Shown here piece after piece: positions 50,220 through 62,427 of a DNA stretch of 64,000 nucleotides. Position 1 is the stretch's first letter; each line of letters opens with the position of its first letter. The position numbers and the translations under genes were made by a program. The notes under the pieces were generated by a model that searched no databases, was not told where the DNA came from, and worked only from the letters and a program-made list of their open reading frames with translations. Source of the stretch: Vicugna vicugna (lineage: Eukaryota); the NCBI GenBank assembly GCA_013265495.1, contig MU061542.1, forward strand, positions 278,972 through 342,971. Reading direction: 5' to 3'.

Positions 50220-51139
50220 TCATTTCTGTAGCATCCTGCTGCTATTCTGTTTAGAGTAGACCTATTAATAATTCTTTTAGCATGGGTTCAATGTTGCTAA
50301 ACTCTTATAGATTTTTCTTGTCTGTGAAATTCTTTATGTCTCCTTCAATCCTAAAGGATAGCCTTACTGGATAAAGTATCCTAGGCTGCATCTTTTTTTT
50401 CTTCCAGGACTTTGAATATATCTTGCCACTCCCTTCTGGCCTGTAGTGTTGGTGTACAAAAATCAGTTGAGAACTTTATGGGGGTTCCCTTGTAACTTAC
50501 TCTTTGCTGTTCTCTTGCTACCTTTAGGGTCATTTCTTTATCCTTGACTCTGGCCATCTTTATTATGATATGTCTTGGGCTGGGTCTATTTGGTTTCTTC
50601 CTGTTTGGAACCTTCTGAGCTTCCTGTACTTGGATATCTGTTTCCTTCTCTATGTTTTGGAAGTTTTCAGTTATGATTTCTTCAAAAACCTTTTCAATCC
50701 CCTTTGATCTTTCCTTCCCTATTATGCGAAGATTGGCATGCTGTATATTATCCTGTAGGTCCCTTATGCTATTTTCATTTGTTTTTATTTGTTTATCTTG
50801 TAGCACTTCTGGTTGGGTGCTTTCTACATCCTGTCTTCTAGGTCATTAATTCGTTCCTCTGCATTATCTAGTCGGCTTTGCATATAGCTTTGCATATAGA
50901 TAATTCCTCATCTCAGCCAATGAGTTTACCCATTCTACTTGGCTCTTCTTTATAGCTTCAATTTCATTCTTGACATATTTTATATCTCTAAACACTATCT
51001 CTTTTCATTCCTTCAGCACTTTGATAACTCCTTTTTTGAAATCTTAATCTAGTAGCTTATCAATGTCTAGTTCGTTGATCATTCTTTCAGGTGATTTCTC
51101 TTTTTCTTTTAATTGGGAATGGTTTCTCTGCTTCTTCAT
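50220..51139 (-). pseudogene. L1 ORF1p, disrupted
   Basis: The ORF track shows SIRDLQDNIQHANLRIIG...FEEIITENF...PRHIIIKM...LQARREWQDIFKVL. The ATG is at 51139. Confidence 0.88.
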
Positions 51140-53879
51140 CTTGCTCCTACCTCTCTGGCACTGTGATTTATGGAGTATCTGTTGTATTGTTTTTCTTAAT
51201 GAGTTTATCTATCTAATGCCTATGTAGGAATAAAATTTAGAAAAGAAAAAAGAGAGAAAGGAAGAATTTTAAAAGAAGGGAGAAAAAAGTTTTGAAAACA
51301 GTGTATAATGAATAATAGAAGAGCAAGTAGGAGCAGAAGTTTTAAAAATAATTAGAATAAAGATAATTTAAAAATTTTAAATGGATTAAAACTGGGAGTA
51401 TATATAATTGTTTCAGAAGTAATAATTAGAAGGGTGTTAGAAAATAGAACAGGTAAAACCAGATTTAAAAAAAAGGGGGGGCGGTGTTCTCCTGGAGACT
51501 GTGTGCTTTTAATGTGAAGTCTCTCTGTCTTCATCCTGTTTTGGAAACTCAACTTCCTGTTTCTAAAGGCCCTCCATTGGCACCCTCGTCTGTCCTGCTC
51601 CCATTGCCTGTTGGCAAGCAGATCGCACCTCCTCCCAACACTGGGTCAGGTGCAGCTCTCCTTTGCTGTGGATGGGCGGATCACTGCCCCTCCCGATGCC
51701 GCAGTCAGATGTTGCAAACTGGCCTGGTAGGAGGGCGGGTCACGCCCCCTCCCAGAACTGGTCAGGGGCTGTGTTCCTGCCCAAAAGGCGGGGGGCTGCC
51801 CGCCATCTCCTGGCTCCGGTTGTTCTGCTACTCTGTGCCACTGTGTGCTCCACCTCAGGTCAGTGCTCTGCAGGCAGGCTAGGGGAAGACAAAGGAACAG
51901 CCCTGTCCTTGCTCCAGTCCAAAACCCAGCTCCTTGTTTGTCTTGGCAGAGCAAGTTCTCTGAGGGAGTGGGATGGAAGGATCCTATCTGCCTAGGGCTG
52001 TAGACAAGTTTCCATATGGCCCTTGAGGTTGCTAAGTCCTTAGGTACGGATGCAGATTTCACCCCCACCCCCTGACCTGGGTGCTAAGCGCTGGAGGATA
52101 TGGCTGCTGTGGCTGAGCCCCACCTCTCTTCACTGGAAAACTTTCCATGGGCTTTCAGAGATGGGGTATGCACCCTTCACCCCAGAGCACATCAGCCATG
52201 TTGTTTTATGGAGGGCCCAGGTTGTTCTGCCCTATGCACCCACAGCCATGGTGCGCATCCCCCTGTAGTCCCCCAAGGCTGCCTCAGTCATCAGTCCCCG
52301 TCCTCCGCCCAGCTCGGGCAGCCTGGCCCTGGCCCAAGCTGCTGGGCTGCGTCTAGGGCTGGTTGTCACGGGGCACTCTGTGCCCGTTTAATTTAGGTCT
52401 GTTGGTCAATGGCTGCTCTGTACAGTTCCAAGCCTTGGAGGCTCCCCCTCCATCCCACTGGCCTCTCGGTTGGAAAGGGGAGACTTAGTGAACAAGCACC
52501 AGTCCTCCTTTGCCACTCCTTCCCCACGGGACACGTCCTGCTCTGTTTTGCCTTTTCTTCTTTCTTTTTTCCTTTTCTTCTACCAGATGTTTGGCACTCT
52601 ATCTTTTGAAGAGGAAGATGTTCTGTCAGAGTTCCGCAGGTGCTCTGGTTGGCTTAGTGGGTCTGTGGATGTGAGTCTTGGTGCATTTGTGGGAGAGGGT
52701 GAGCTATGAGCGTCCTTCTACTCCGCCAACTTGGCCTCCCTCCTGTCATTTATTCTTTTGATACAGTATGTTATGGTAAGTTATTTTGGAATGTTGAACC
52801 AAACTTATTTTATTGGGATAATTCTCATTTTCTTATAGTGTATAATTATTTTCACCCATTGCACATTCTCTCTGCAAAAAATTTTTTTTATGGATTTTAT
52901 ATCAATATTTATAACATACAATGATTCATGATTTCTTTTGATGTCCTTGTCTGGTGTTTCTATCAGGAAAACACTGGCCTCGTAAACTAAGTTTGGAAAT
53001 ACTTCTTTTCTATTTTTGAAATATTCTAAGAATTCTGGTTGGTGTTTCTTTAAAAATTTGGTAGAATTATCCAGTGAAGCCATATGGTCCTAGAGTTTTC
53101 TTTATGGGAAGGTTTAAAATGACTAACTCAGTTTATTTACTTGTTATACACCTATTCAAATTTTACATTTCTTCATGAGTAAGTTTCAACAGTTTTTATT
53201 TTTCTAGAAATACATACATTTCATCTACATTATCTCATTTGTTGACATATACCTGTTGATAGCATTCATTTATGAGTTTTTTTTTAAATTTCTATAAAGG
53301 TAGTAGTGATGCCCTCACTTTCATTTCTGATTTTAATAATTAATTTCTTCTCTTTTAATCTTGTTCAATTTAAATTATAAGTTCATTGATTTGTTTTTCT
53401 TTTTTAAAAGGAATTTTTGGTGATTTTTCTATTGTCTCTTTCATTCTCATTCTAATCTTTATTATTTCCTTTTTCCTTTTAATGTAAGATTTAATTTGTT
53501 CTTACAGTGTTAAAGTGAAAAATCAAGTTATTGAGTTATGTTTTTTTTTTAATATAAGCCTTATAGCTATAAATTTCCATCTTAACACTGGTTTTGCTGC
53601 ATTCCCTATGTTTGGGTATGTTTTGTCTTTATTTTTATAAATCTCATATTACATACTAATTTTATTGTGATTTATACATTCATTGATTAGTTATGTATGT
53701 GTTTAATTTCATAGTATTTGTGAATTTCTCAAACTAATTGAGCTTTGATTTTTAATTTCATGAATTTTGGTTGGAAAATATGCTTAATATGTGGTATTAT
53801 TTCAATCATTTTTAATTTATTCAGGCTCATTTTATGATTTAGAATATGATTTCTCCTGTAGAATGTCCTATGCACTCTT

Positions 53880-56800
53880 TTAGTCTTTCTTCCTTTTTTT
53901 TTTAATGCCTTTATTGTGATATGGTTCCTGTGCAGTATACTAAACATATTTCAAATGTATAATTTGATGAATTTTGATCAATATACACCAATGAAATCAC
54001 TACTACAATTAAGTATCTAACATTTCATCACTTTCCAAGAGATGCAGCCCTTGAATTCCCAACTTATCACATCCCATCCTCTTTGCCCTCTGGTAACCAT
54101 AAGATTGTTTTCTATGTCTGTGAGTCTGTTTCTGTTTTGTAGATAACTTCATCTGTGTCATTTTTTTTAGATTCCACGTATAAGCAATATCATATGGCAT
54201 TTTTCTTTCTCTTTCTGGCTTCCTTCACTTAGAATGATGATCTCCAGCTTCATCTATATTGCTGCAAATATTCTTTTTTATGACTGAATAGTATCCTATT
54301 GTATATATACCATATCTTCTTTATCCTGTCATCTGTTGATAGACATTTGGATTGTTTCCATGTCTTGACTATTGTAAATAGTGCTGCTGTGAACATTGAG
54401 GTGCATGTGTCTTTTTGAATTATATTTTCTCCAGATATATGCCCAGGAGTGGAGTTGCTGGATCATATGGTAAGTCTATTTTTAGTTTCAGAAGGATAGA
54501 TGTTAATTCTTCTCTAAATATTTGGTAGAATTTGGCCGTGAAGCTATCTGGTCCTGGACTTTTGTTTGTTGGGAGTTTTATACTTACTGATTAAATTGCA
54601 GTACTGGTATGTGATCTATTATTATTGTCTATTTCTTCCTAGTTCAGTCTTGAAAAATTGTACCTTTCTAAGAAATTGTCCATTTCTTCTACTTTGTCCT
54701 TTTTACTGGTATGTAGTTGCTCATGTCACCTCTTATGATCTTTAGTATTTCTGTGTTGTTGGTTGTAACTTCACCTTTTTTATTTCTGATTGTATTAATT
54801 TGGGCCCTCTCCCTTTTTTTCTTGAGGAGTCTAACTAAAGGTTTATCAATTTTGTTCATCTTTTCGAAGACTCAACTTTTAGTTTCATTGATCTTTTCCA
54901 TTTTTTATCTCCATTTTATTTATTTCTACTCTAATCTTTAAGATTCATTTTCTTCTACTAGCTTTGGATTTTGCTTATTCTTCTTTCTCTGGCTGCTTTA
55001 GGTGTAAGGTTAGATTTTTTTACTTGAGATTTTTCGTTTCCTAAGGTAAGCTTGTATTGCTATAAACTTCCCTCTTAGAAATGCTTTTGCTTCATCCCAG
55101 GTGTTTTGGATCATTGTGCTTTCATTTTCATTTGTCCCAAAGTATTTTTATATTTCCTCTTTAATTTCTTCCATGATCCATTGCTTGTTTAGTAGCATAT
55201 TGTTTAGCCTCAAAATGTTTGCAGTTATTACATTTTTTTTCTTGTAGTTGACTTCTAACCTTATAGTGTGATCAGAAAAGATGCTTGGTAAGATTTCAGT
55301 TTTCTTAAAATTACTCAGGCTTGCTTTGTAGGCCATTCTGGAAAATGTCCCATATGCACATGAGAAGAATGTATATTCTGTTTCTTTTGGATGGAATGAT
55401 CTATAAATATCCATTAAATTTATATGATCTAATGCATTATTTAGGTCCTGTATTTCCTAACTGATTTTCTGTCTGGATGATCTGTCCATTGATGTAAGTG
55501 TGGTGTTAAAGTCTCCCCATATTATTGTATTATTGTCCGTTTTTCCTTTTATGTCTGTTAATTGTCTTATATATTGAGTGCACATATATTTATAACTGTT
55601 ATAACCTCTCTTGGAGTGATTCCTTCAGCATTATGTAGTGTCCTTGTCTCTTGTAACATTCTTTATTTTAAAATCTGTTTGTCTGATATAAGTATTACTA
55701 CCGCAGTTTTTTTTCGATTTTTGTTTGCATGAAATATCTTTTCCCATCCCCTTACTTTCAGCCTGTATATGTCTCTACCTCTGAAGTGGGCTTCTTGCAG
55801 ACAACATGTATATGGATCTTATTTTTTTGTATCCATTCAATGAATCTACATCTTTTTGTTGGAGCATTTAATCCATTTACATTTGTTCACATAGGTTTGG
55901 GTTTGTTTTTGTAGGTCTATTTATTTTCTTCTCCCTTCCTTCCTTTTGTTCTCTTTTCTTGTGGTTTGATGACCAGAGAATTTCCTTTGACATTTGTTGT
56001 AAAGCTAATTTAGAGGCCCTGAATTTTGTTTTTAATCTGTGAAGCTTTTGATTTCACCATCAAATCTGAATGAGAACCTTGCTAGATAGAGTATTATTGG
56101 TTATAATTTTTCCCCTTCATCACTTTAAATATATCATGCCACCCACTTCTGACCTGTAGAGTTTCTGCTGAAAAATCAGCTGATAACCTTATGGGAGTTC
56201 CCTTGAATCTTATTTGTTGCTTTTCTCTAGCTGATTTTAATATTTTCTCTTTATCCTTAATTTTTGCCAATTTGATTACTATATGCCTCAATGTGTTCCT
56301 CTTTGGGTTGTTTCTGTGTAGATCTCTCTGCATTTCCCAGACTTGGGTGACTGTTTCCTTTCCCAAGTTAGGGAAGTTTTCAGTTATCATCCCTTCAAAA
56401 ATTTTCAGAAGTCCTTTCTCTCCTTCTTCTCTTTCTGGGACCCCTATAATGGGAATATTCATGCACTTCATGTTGTCCCAGAGTTCTCTTAAACTATCCT
56501 CATTTCTTTTCATTCTTTTTTTCTTCCCTTTTTTTGTTTTTTATTCTGCAGTAGTGATTTCCACTACTCCATCTTCTAGCTCATTCTGCTTCATTTTGTC
56601 TATTCTTGTTTCCTTCTAGTGTGTTATTCACTTCAGTAATTTTGTTCTTCAGTTCTGTTTGGGTATTCTTTATATTTTCCAACTCTTTGCTAAAACTTGG
56701 CTTTATGCATATATACTCCTCTTGAGTTCTCTGAGCATCTTCTCCATCATTATTATAAACTCTTTCTCAGACTGCCTTCCTCCTCATCACTTATTTCTTC

Positions 56801-58101
56801 TTCTGGGAATCTAGCTTGTACTTTGGCCTAAAAAATATTCCACAATATTCTATATTGCCTATCTATCTGTTTGTATTTTTAGGTAGATTAGTTACATTTC
56901 TCAACCTTGGAGAAGTGGCCCTCTTTGGAAGATATCCTATAGGTCCAAAAAGTACACTCATCTCTTGTGACCCAAAAGCCATGGTCCAGATGGTCACAAT
57001 GTAGAGTCTGGCCTCTGTTTGTGGATTCCTTCCACAGGCTTTAGGATTGTTTTTTTTTTCTTATTTCTGGTATCTTCCTTCTGGTGAATGAGACTAGACT
57101 AGAGGCTTATGTAGGTTTTCTGGCAGGAGAAGTTGATTCCTGCCTACTGCTGGGTGAAACTTTGTCCTGGTCCTCTGGTGGGTAAGGCCATGTCTAGGGG
57201 AGTGTCTAGCAGGAAGCCTGCCAACTGGTAGAGCTGCATTCTCATCCTGTATATTGTTTTGCCTGAAACCTCCCCTCACCTAAGCCTACAGGCTGTTGAG
57301 TGGGGCTAGGTCTTGGTGCTAATGATCCAAACAAGATGTCAGTCTCCAGGAAAGCTCATGTAGATGAACACTCCTGGAATGTCCATTACCAGTTTTTATG
57401 TACCCAGGGTGAGCCACAGACTTCCCCTACCTCCCTAGGAGAAATTCCATAGGCAAGTGTGGCTTAGGTGCCTATGAAATCACTATATTTGCCCTTGGAC
57501 CTGGTGAACATGAAATCTTGTATATGCTTCCTAAGAGAATAAAGTCTCTGTTTCCCCAAGTCCTGTGGGTCTCCTGGAGTTAAGTCCCACTGGCCTTCAA
57601 AACCAGATGTCTTTTGGTCCTCTTCTTCCAATGCTGGAACCCCAGGCTGTTGAGCCTGATGGGGGCTTAGAACAGTTACTCCTGTGGGAGAGCCTCTACA
57701 ACTTATTCTTCAGCTTGTGGGTTGCCCACCTGAAGGGTATGGGACCCAGTTATATCATGAGCATGCCTCTCCTACATTTCTGCTACAATTCCCTCTTTAT
57801 GTTTCCAGTTGAAGAAGATATTTTTTGCTAGGTTTATCTTTTTGTTTGATGGTGGTTTAGCAGTATATTGCGGTTTTGTGGTAGTTGCAAGGAGAGGTAA
57901 ATTCCTGGTCCTAGTAAGTTCCATCCCATCAGGTGGCAGCTGCTCAGTAGAGCTCCAGAGGCATAGGCATGGCAGCTGTGGGGACAACTTGGGTGGCTGC
58001 TCCTGGGCCTGTGGGGCATTGTGATGGTGGGGGGGCCCACTCAGTGCAAGCACATCAGTCTCAGATCCTGGCACTGGTGGCTGTGGTGGCAGTGGCAGCA
58101 G
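53880..58101 (-). mobile_element. Chimeric, internally deleted LINE-1 (older artiodactyl-type 5' UTR, ORF1 and EN)
   Basis: A 15-bp TSD reads gtcctatgcactctt (53865-53879) / gtcctatgtgctctt (58102-58116). ORF1 is at ~56094-56513 and EN at ~55148-55860. The RT is deleted at ~54490, and both ends carry atypical extensions. Confidence 0.82.
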
Positions 58102-58249
58102 GTCCTATGTGCTCTTGAGAAGAATATTCAGTTGTGTGGAATGTTGTATAAATGGATGTTATGTCCACATTTTCTTTTGTCTATATTTTTTATAACTGAA
58201 AACTTGTGCTCTACACTGGAATTTGACACAACATTATAGAAGTCTGTAT

Positions 58250-59781
58250 TTTTAAAATATATGTTTATTGAAGTATACTCAGTTTACAATGGTGTGTCAA
58301 TTTCTGGTGAACAGCATATATATATTCACTTTCATATTCTTTTTTCATCATAAGTTACTACAAGTAATTGAATATATTTTCCTTTGCTATACAGCATAAA
58401 CTTGTTATTTATCTGTTTCATATATATTAGTTGGTATCTGAAAGTCTCAAACTCCCAATTTATCCCTTCCAATCCTCTTACCCCATAAGTTTGTTTTCTG
58501 TGTCTGTGAGTCTGAGTCTGCTTCTGTTTTGGAAATAAGTTCATTTGCCTTTTTTCTTTTTTTCTTCAGGTTTCACATATAAGTGAAATCATAGGGTATT
58601 TTTCTTTCTCTTTCTGTTTTATTTTATTTAGAATGACTTTCTCCAGGTCCATCCATGTTGCTGCAAATGAAATTATTTTATCCTTTCCTATGGCTGATTA
58701 GTATTCCATTGGATAAATATACCACAAGTTCTTTATCTATTCATCTGTCAATGGAAATTTAGGCTGTTTCCATGTTTTGATTATTGTAAGTAGTGCTGCT
58801 ATGAACATTGAGGTGCATATGTCTATTTGAGTTAAGGTTCCCTCTGGATACATGCCCAGGAGTGGGATTGCTGGATCATATAGTAAGACTATTTTTAGTT
58901 TTTTAAGAAATCTTCATACTGTTTTCCACAATGGTTGCACCAAACTACATTCCCACCAACAGTGTAGGACGGTTCCCTTTTCCTCCACACCATCTCCAGC
59001 ATTTATCACTTGTTCATTTTAAATGATGGCCATTCTGACTGTTGTGAGATGATACCTTATTATAGTTTTGATTTTCTTTTTTTTTCTTTTAAGGAGTTTA
59101 TAGGGTCTTATCTTATGTTTAAGTCCTTAAGCCATTTTGAGGTTTTCTTTGCGTATAGTGTGAGGGAGTATTCTAACTCCACTGATTTACATGCAGCTGT
59201 CCAGTTTTCCCAACACCATTTGCTGAGAAGACATTCTTATTAGAAAAGGAATGTAAAGAAACCATCCCTTTTAAAATTGTATCCAGAAAAAATAAAATAC
59301 TTAAGAATAAATCTGACCAAGGAAGTGAAAGACTTATATGCAGAGAACTACAAAAAATTGACTAAAGAAGTTAAAGTTGACTTATAGAAATGGAAATATA
59401 TCCCATATACTTGTATTGGAAGAATTAATATTGTTAAAATGGCCATAATACACAAAGCATTCTACAGATTTAATGTGATCTCTGTCAAATTACCCAGGAT
59501 ATTTTTCACAGAATTAGAACAAATAATCACAGAATTAGAACAAATATGGGGTCACAGAAGATTCAGAATTGCCAAAGCATTACCAAAGAAAAATAATGAA
59601 GCTGGAGGAATAACCCTCCCAGACTTAAGACAATAGTACAGAGCTACAGTAATCAAAACAGCATGGTAATTGTACAAAAACAGTCATATAAATCAATGGA
59701 ACAGAATAGAGAGCCCAGAAATAAACCCACAAACTTTTGGCCAATTAATCTTTGACAAAGGAGGCAAGAACTTACAATGGA
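58250..59781. mobile_element. 5'-inverted L1 (minus 58250-59238, plus 59240-59781)
   Basis: The minus piece ends at the KWCWEN-coding region. The plus piece ends at 'caagaacttacaatggag', which is immediately upstream of that region in L1. Confidence 0.88.
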
Positions 59782-60962
59782 GGACTATATGGTTTTTAAT
59801 ATTATTCCAGTCTCCCACTTCCTTGTTGATCTTTCTTCTAGTTGTTCTATTCATTGTTGTATGTGGAATATTAAAGTTTCTAACTAATTATTATTGAATT
59901 GTCTATTTCCTCTCTTCAGTTCTGTCACATTTTGGTTCATGCAATTATATGCTATATTACTTGCATATATATTTAAATTATTATATGTTTCTGATGAATT
60001 AACTTATTTATTACTGTCAGATGATCCTTGTAATCTCCTGTATGTTTTTCGTTTGTCATTAAGCCTCTTTCTGTTAACAATCCAATTAATCTTTCATATG
60101 TTTGCTATCTCCATGCTGAACACTTTCCACACTTTTACTTTGAATCTATTTGTATTTTTTCAATTAAAGGTATTTCTCCCATAGACAGACTATAAGTCTT
60201 TTCCCCCAATCTAGTAATCTATGACTTTTGATAAGATTGTTTAATCCAGTTACATTTAATATTATTTTGATGTACTTGAATTTATGTCAGTCATATTACA
60301 TTTTTTGTCTAAGCATTCTGTCTTTTCTGTTTTTCTTTGCTCTATTTTACATTAATAGTATCTAGTGCAACACATTAATATATTTAGTGATTTTTCACTG
60401 TATATATGAATTTATTTCATTACCAGCTGCCCTAGAATATACTGTATACATCTTAAATTATCATATTCTACTTTAGAGTAAAATAAAGTTAATTCAAGTG
60501 ACTACAAAAAGTTTATTTCATAGCTCGACTCCAATACCTACTTCTACATATTGCAATCCATAAATGTTTTAACACTGCACTATTATAATAATTACTTTAT
60601 ATAATTTTATGTCTTATGAAAATATTGGAGAAGAAAGCAGAGAAGGAATATAATTATGTGATTTGTTAAATTAATCTTCTTATGTAACATTTCTGATTCT
60701 CTTCTTTTTTTATTGTCGATTGGAGTTAGCATCTACCATTTCCTTAATCAAACACAGCATTGTTTCCACTAATTCTTAGTCTCTTCTTGTTAGAGATACC
60801 ATAAATTTCTATATGGTATAGGCCCAACAATGGAATTATATACCTATTGTTTTATATAATTACCATTTAAACTAGTCAAGGTAAAAAGAAGAAATATACA
60901 TTTTCACTGCCTTTTATAATTACATAATTACTTTCTCCTGTGCTGTTTGTTTTCCATGTGCA

Positions 60963-61350
60963 TTTTTTTTATTGAGTTATAATCAGTTTATAATCTTGTG
61001 TCAGATTCCAGTGTAGAGCACAATTTTTCAGTTATACATGAACATACATATATTCATTGTCACATTCTTTTTCACCATGAGCTACCACAAGATCTTGTAT
61101 ATATTTCCCTGTGCTATACAGTATAATCTTGTTCATCTATTCTATATATACCTGTCAGAATCTACAAATTTTGAACTTCCAGTCTGTCCCTTTCCACCTC
61201 CCTCCCCCCTGGCAACCACAAGTTTGTATTCTATGTCTATAAATCTGTTTCTGTTTTGTATTTATGTTCATTTGCCTTTCTTTTCTTCCTTTTTTAAAAT
61301 TTCACATATGAGTGATCTCATATGGTATTTTTCTTTCTATTTCTGGCCTA
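60963..61350 (-). mobile_element. Short 5'-truncated young L1 3' end
   Basis: A T-tract is followed by L1 3' UTR antisense. A probable TSD reads catgtgcatt (60955-60964) / catgcacatt (61353-61362). Confidence 0.88.
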
Positions 61351-62272
61351 TTCATGCACATTCTAATTACTGTCTGGGGTCACTTGCTTTCCCCTAAAGA
61401 ACTTCTTTTATCATTTACTGTAACATATCTGCCTATAACATATTCTCTAAGGTTTGTTTATTTGGGACTATTTTTATTTCGCCTTCACATTTGAAAGCAC
61501 TTACGCTCAGTATAAGGTTCTTTTTCTTTTTCTTTTCAGCATTTTGGAAAATATCTTCCCACTTCCTTGGCCTCCATTGTCCTGAAAAGAGCTAATCTTA
61601 TTTGAGTGCCCTTGTGTGTAATGATATAGTCTCTTGGCACTTTAAAAACTTTCTCTTTATCTCTGACTTTCAGTGTTTTTACTATGATATGCCTGAATGT
61701 GCATCTCTTTTCCTTCTTGTGGAGCTTCTTAGTATATAGATTAATGCTTTCTTAAAATTATATTTGGTAAGTTTATGGTCATTAATTCTTCAAATACCTT
61801 TTTTGTTTTCTGTAACTTTCTCTTCTCTCTTGTTATTCTGTATGCAAGTGCAATGATGTGTAAATGGTGTACCACATATTTCTGAGGCTCTATTCATGTT
61901 TCTTTTTCCTTTTCTATCTCTTCTTCAGAGCAAAAAATTTCTACAGATTTATCTTCAGGTTTTCTGAAACTTTCTTTCAAAAGTTCTTTTGAGCTCCTTA
62001 GGTTAAAATTTTATTTCAGATATTGAACTCTTGTACCTTAGAATTTTAATTTGATTGTTTTTAAATTTCTTATCTCCTTATTGACATTCTGCACTTGATG
62101 AGACAATAATATTATGTCATTATTTATTTATTTAGGCATGGTTTCCTTTAGTTCTTTGAACACAATTACAGCAACTTTTTTGAAGATTTTATCTGCTAAG
62201 TCTGATATCTGGTCTCTCCCAGATTCATTTTTTGGTCCCTGTTTTTGCTCTGTCATATATAGGCCACATTTT

Positions 62273-62321
62273 TCTTCCTTCCTTCCTTCCTTCCTTCCTT
62301 CCTTCCTTCCTTCCTTCCTTC

Positions 62322-62384
<63 letters not shown>

Positions 62385-62427
62385 TTTTTCTTTCTTTCTT
62401 TCTTTCTTTCTATCTTTCTTTCTTTTT
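62273..62427 (+). repeat. Compound (TTCC)n(TTTC)n microsatellite
   Basis: Direct reading shows a ~155 bp nearly pure pyrimidine strand. Confidence 0.95.

Larger units (their letters stand above)
45993..52743 (-). mobile_element. Full-length LINE-1, relatively young, inactive
   Basis: A perfect 16-bp TSD 'tgtcatttattctttt' lies at 45957-45972 and 52744-52759. The GC-rich 5' UTR, ORF1, ORF2, 3' UTR and tail are all present, with short internal deletions at ~46270 and ~46572. Confidence 0.96.
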
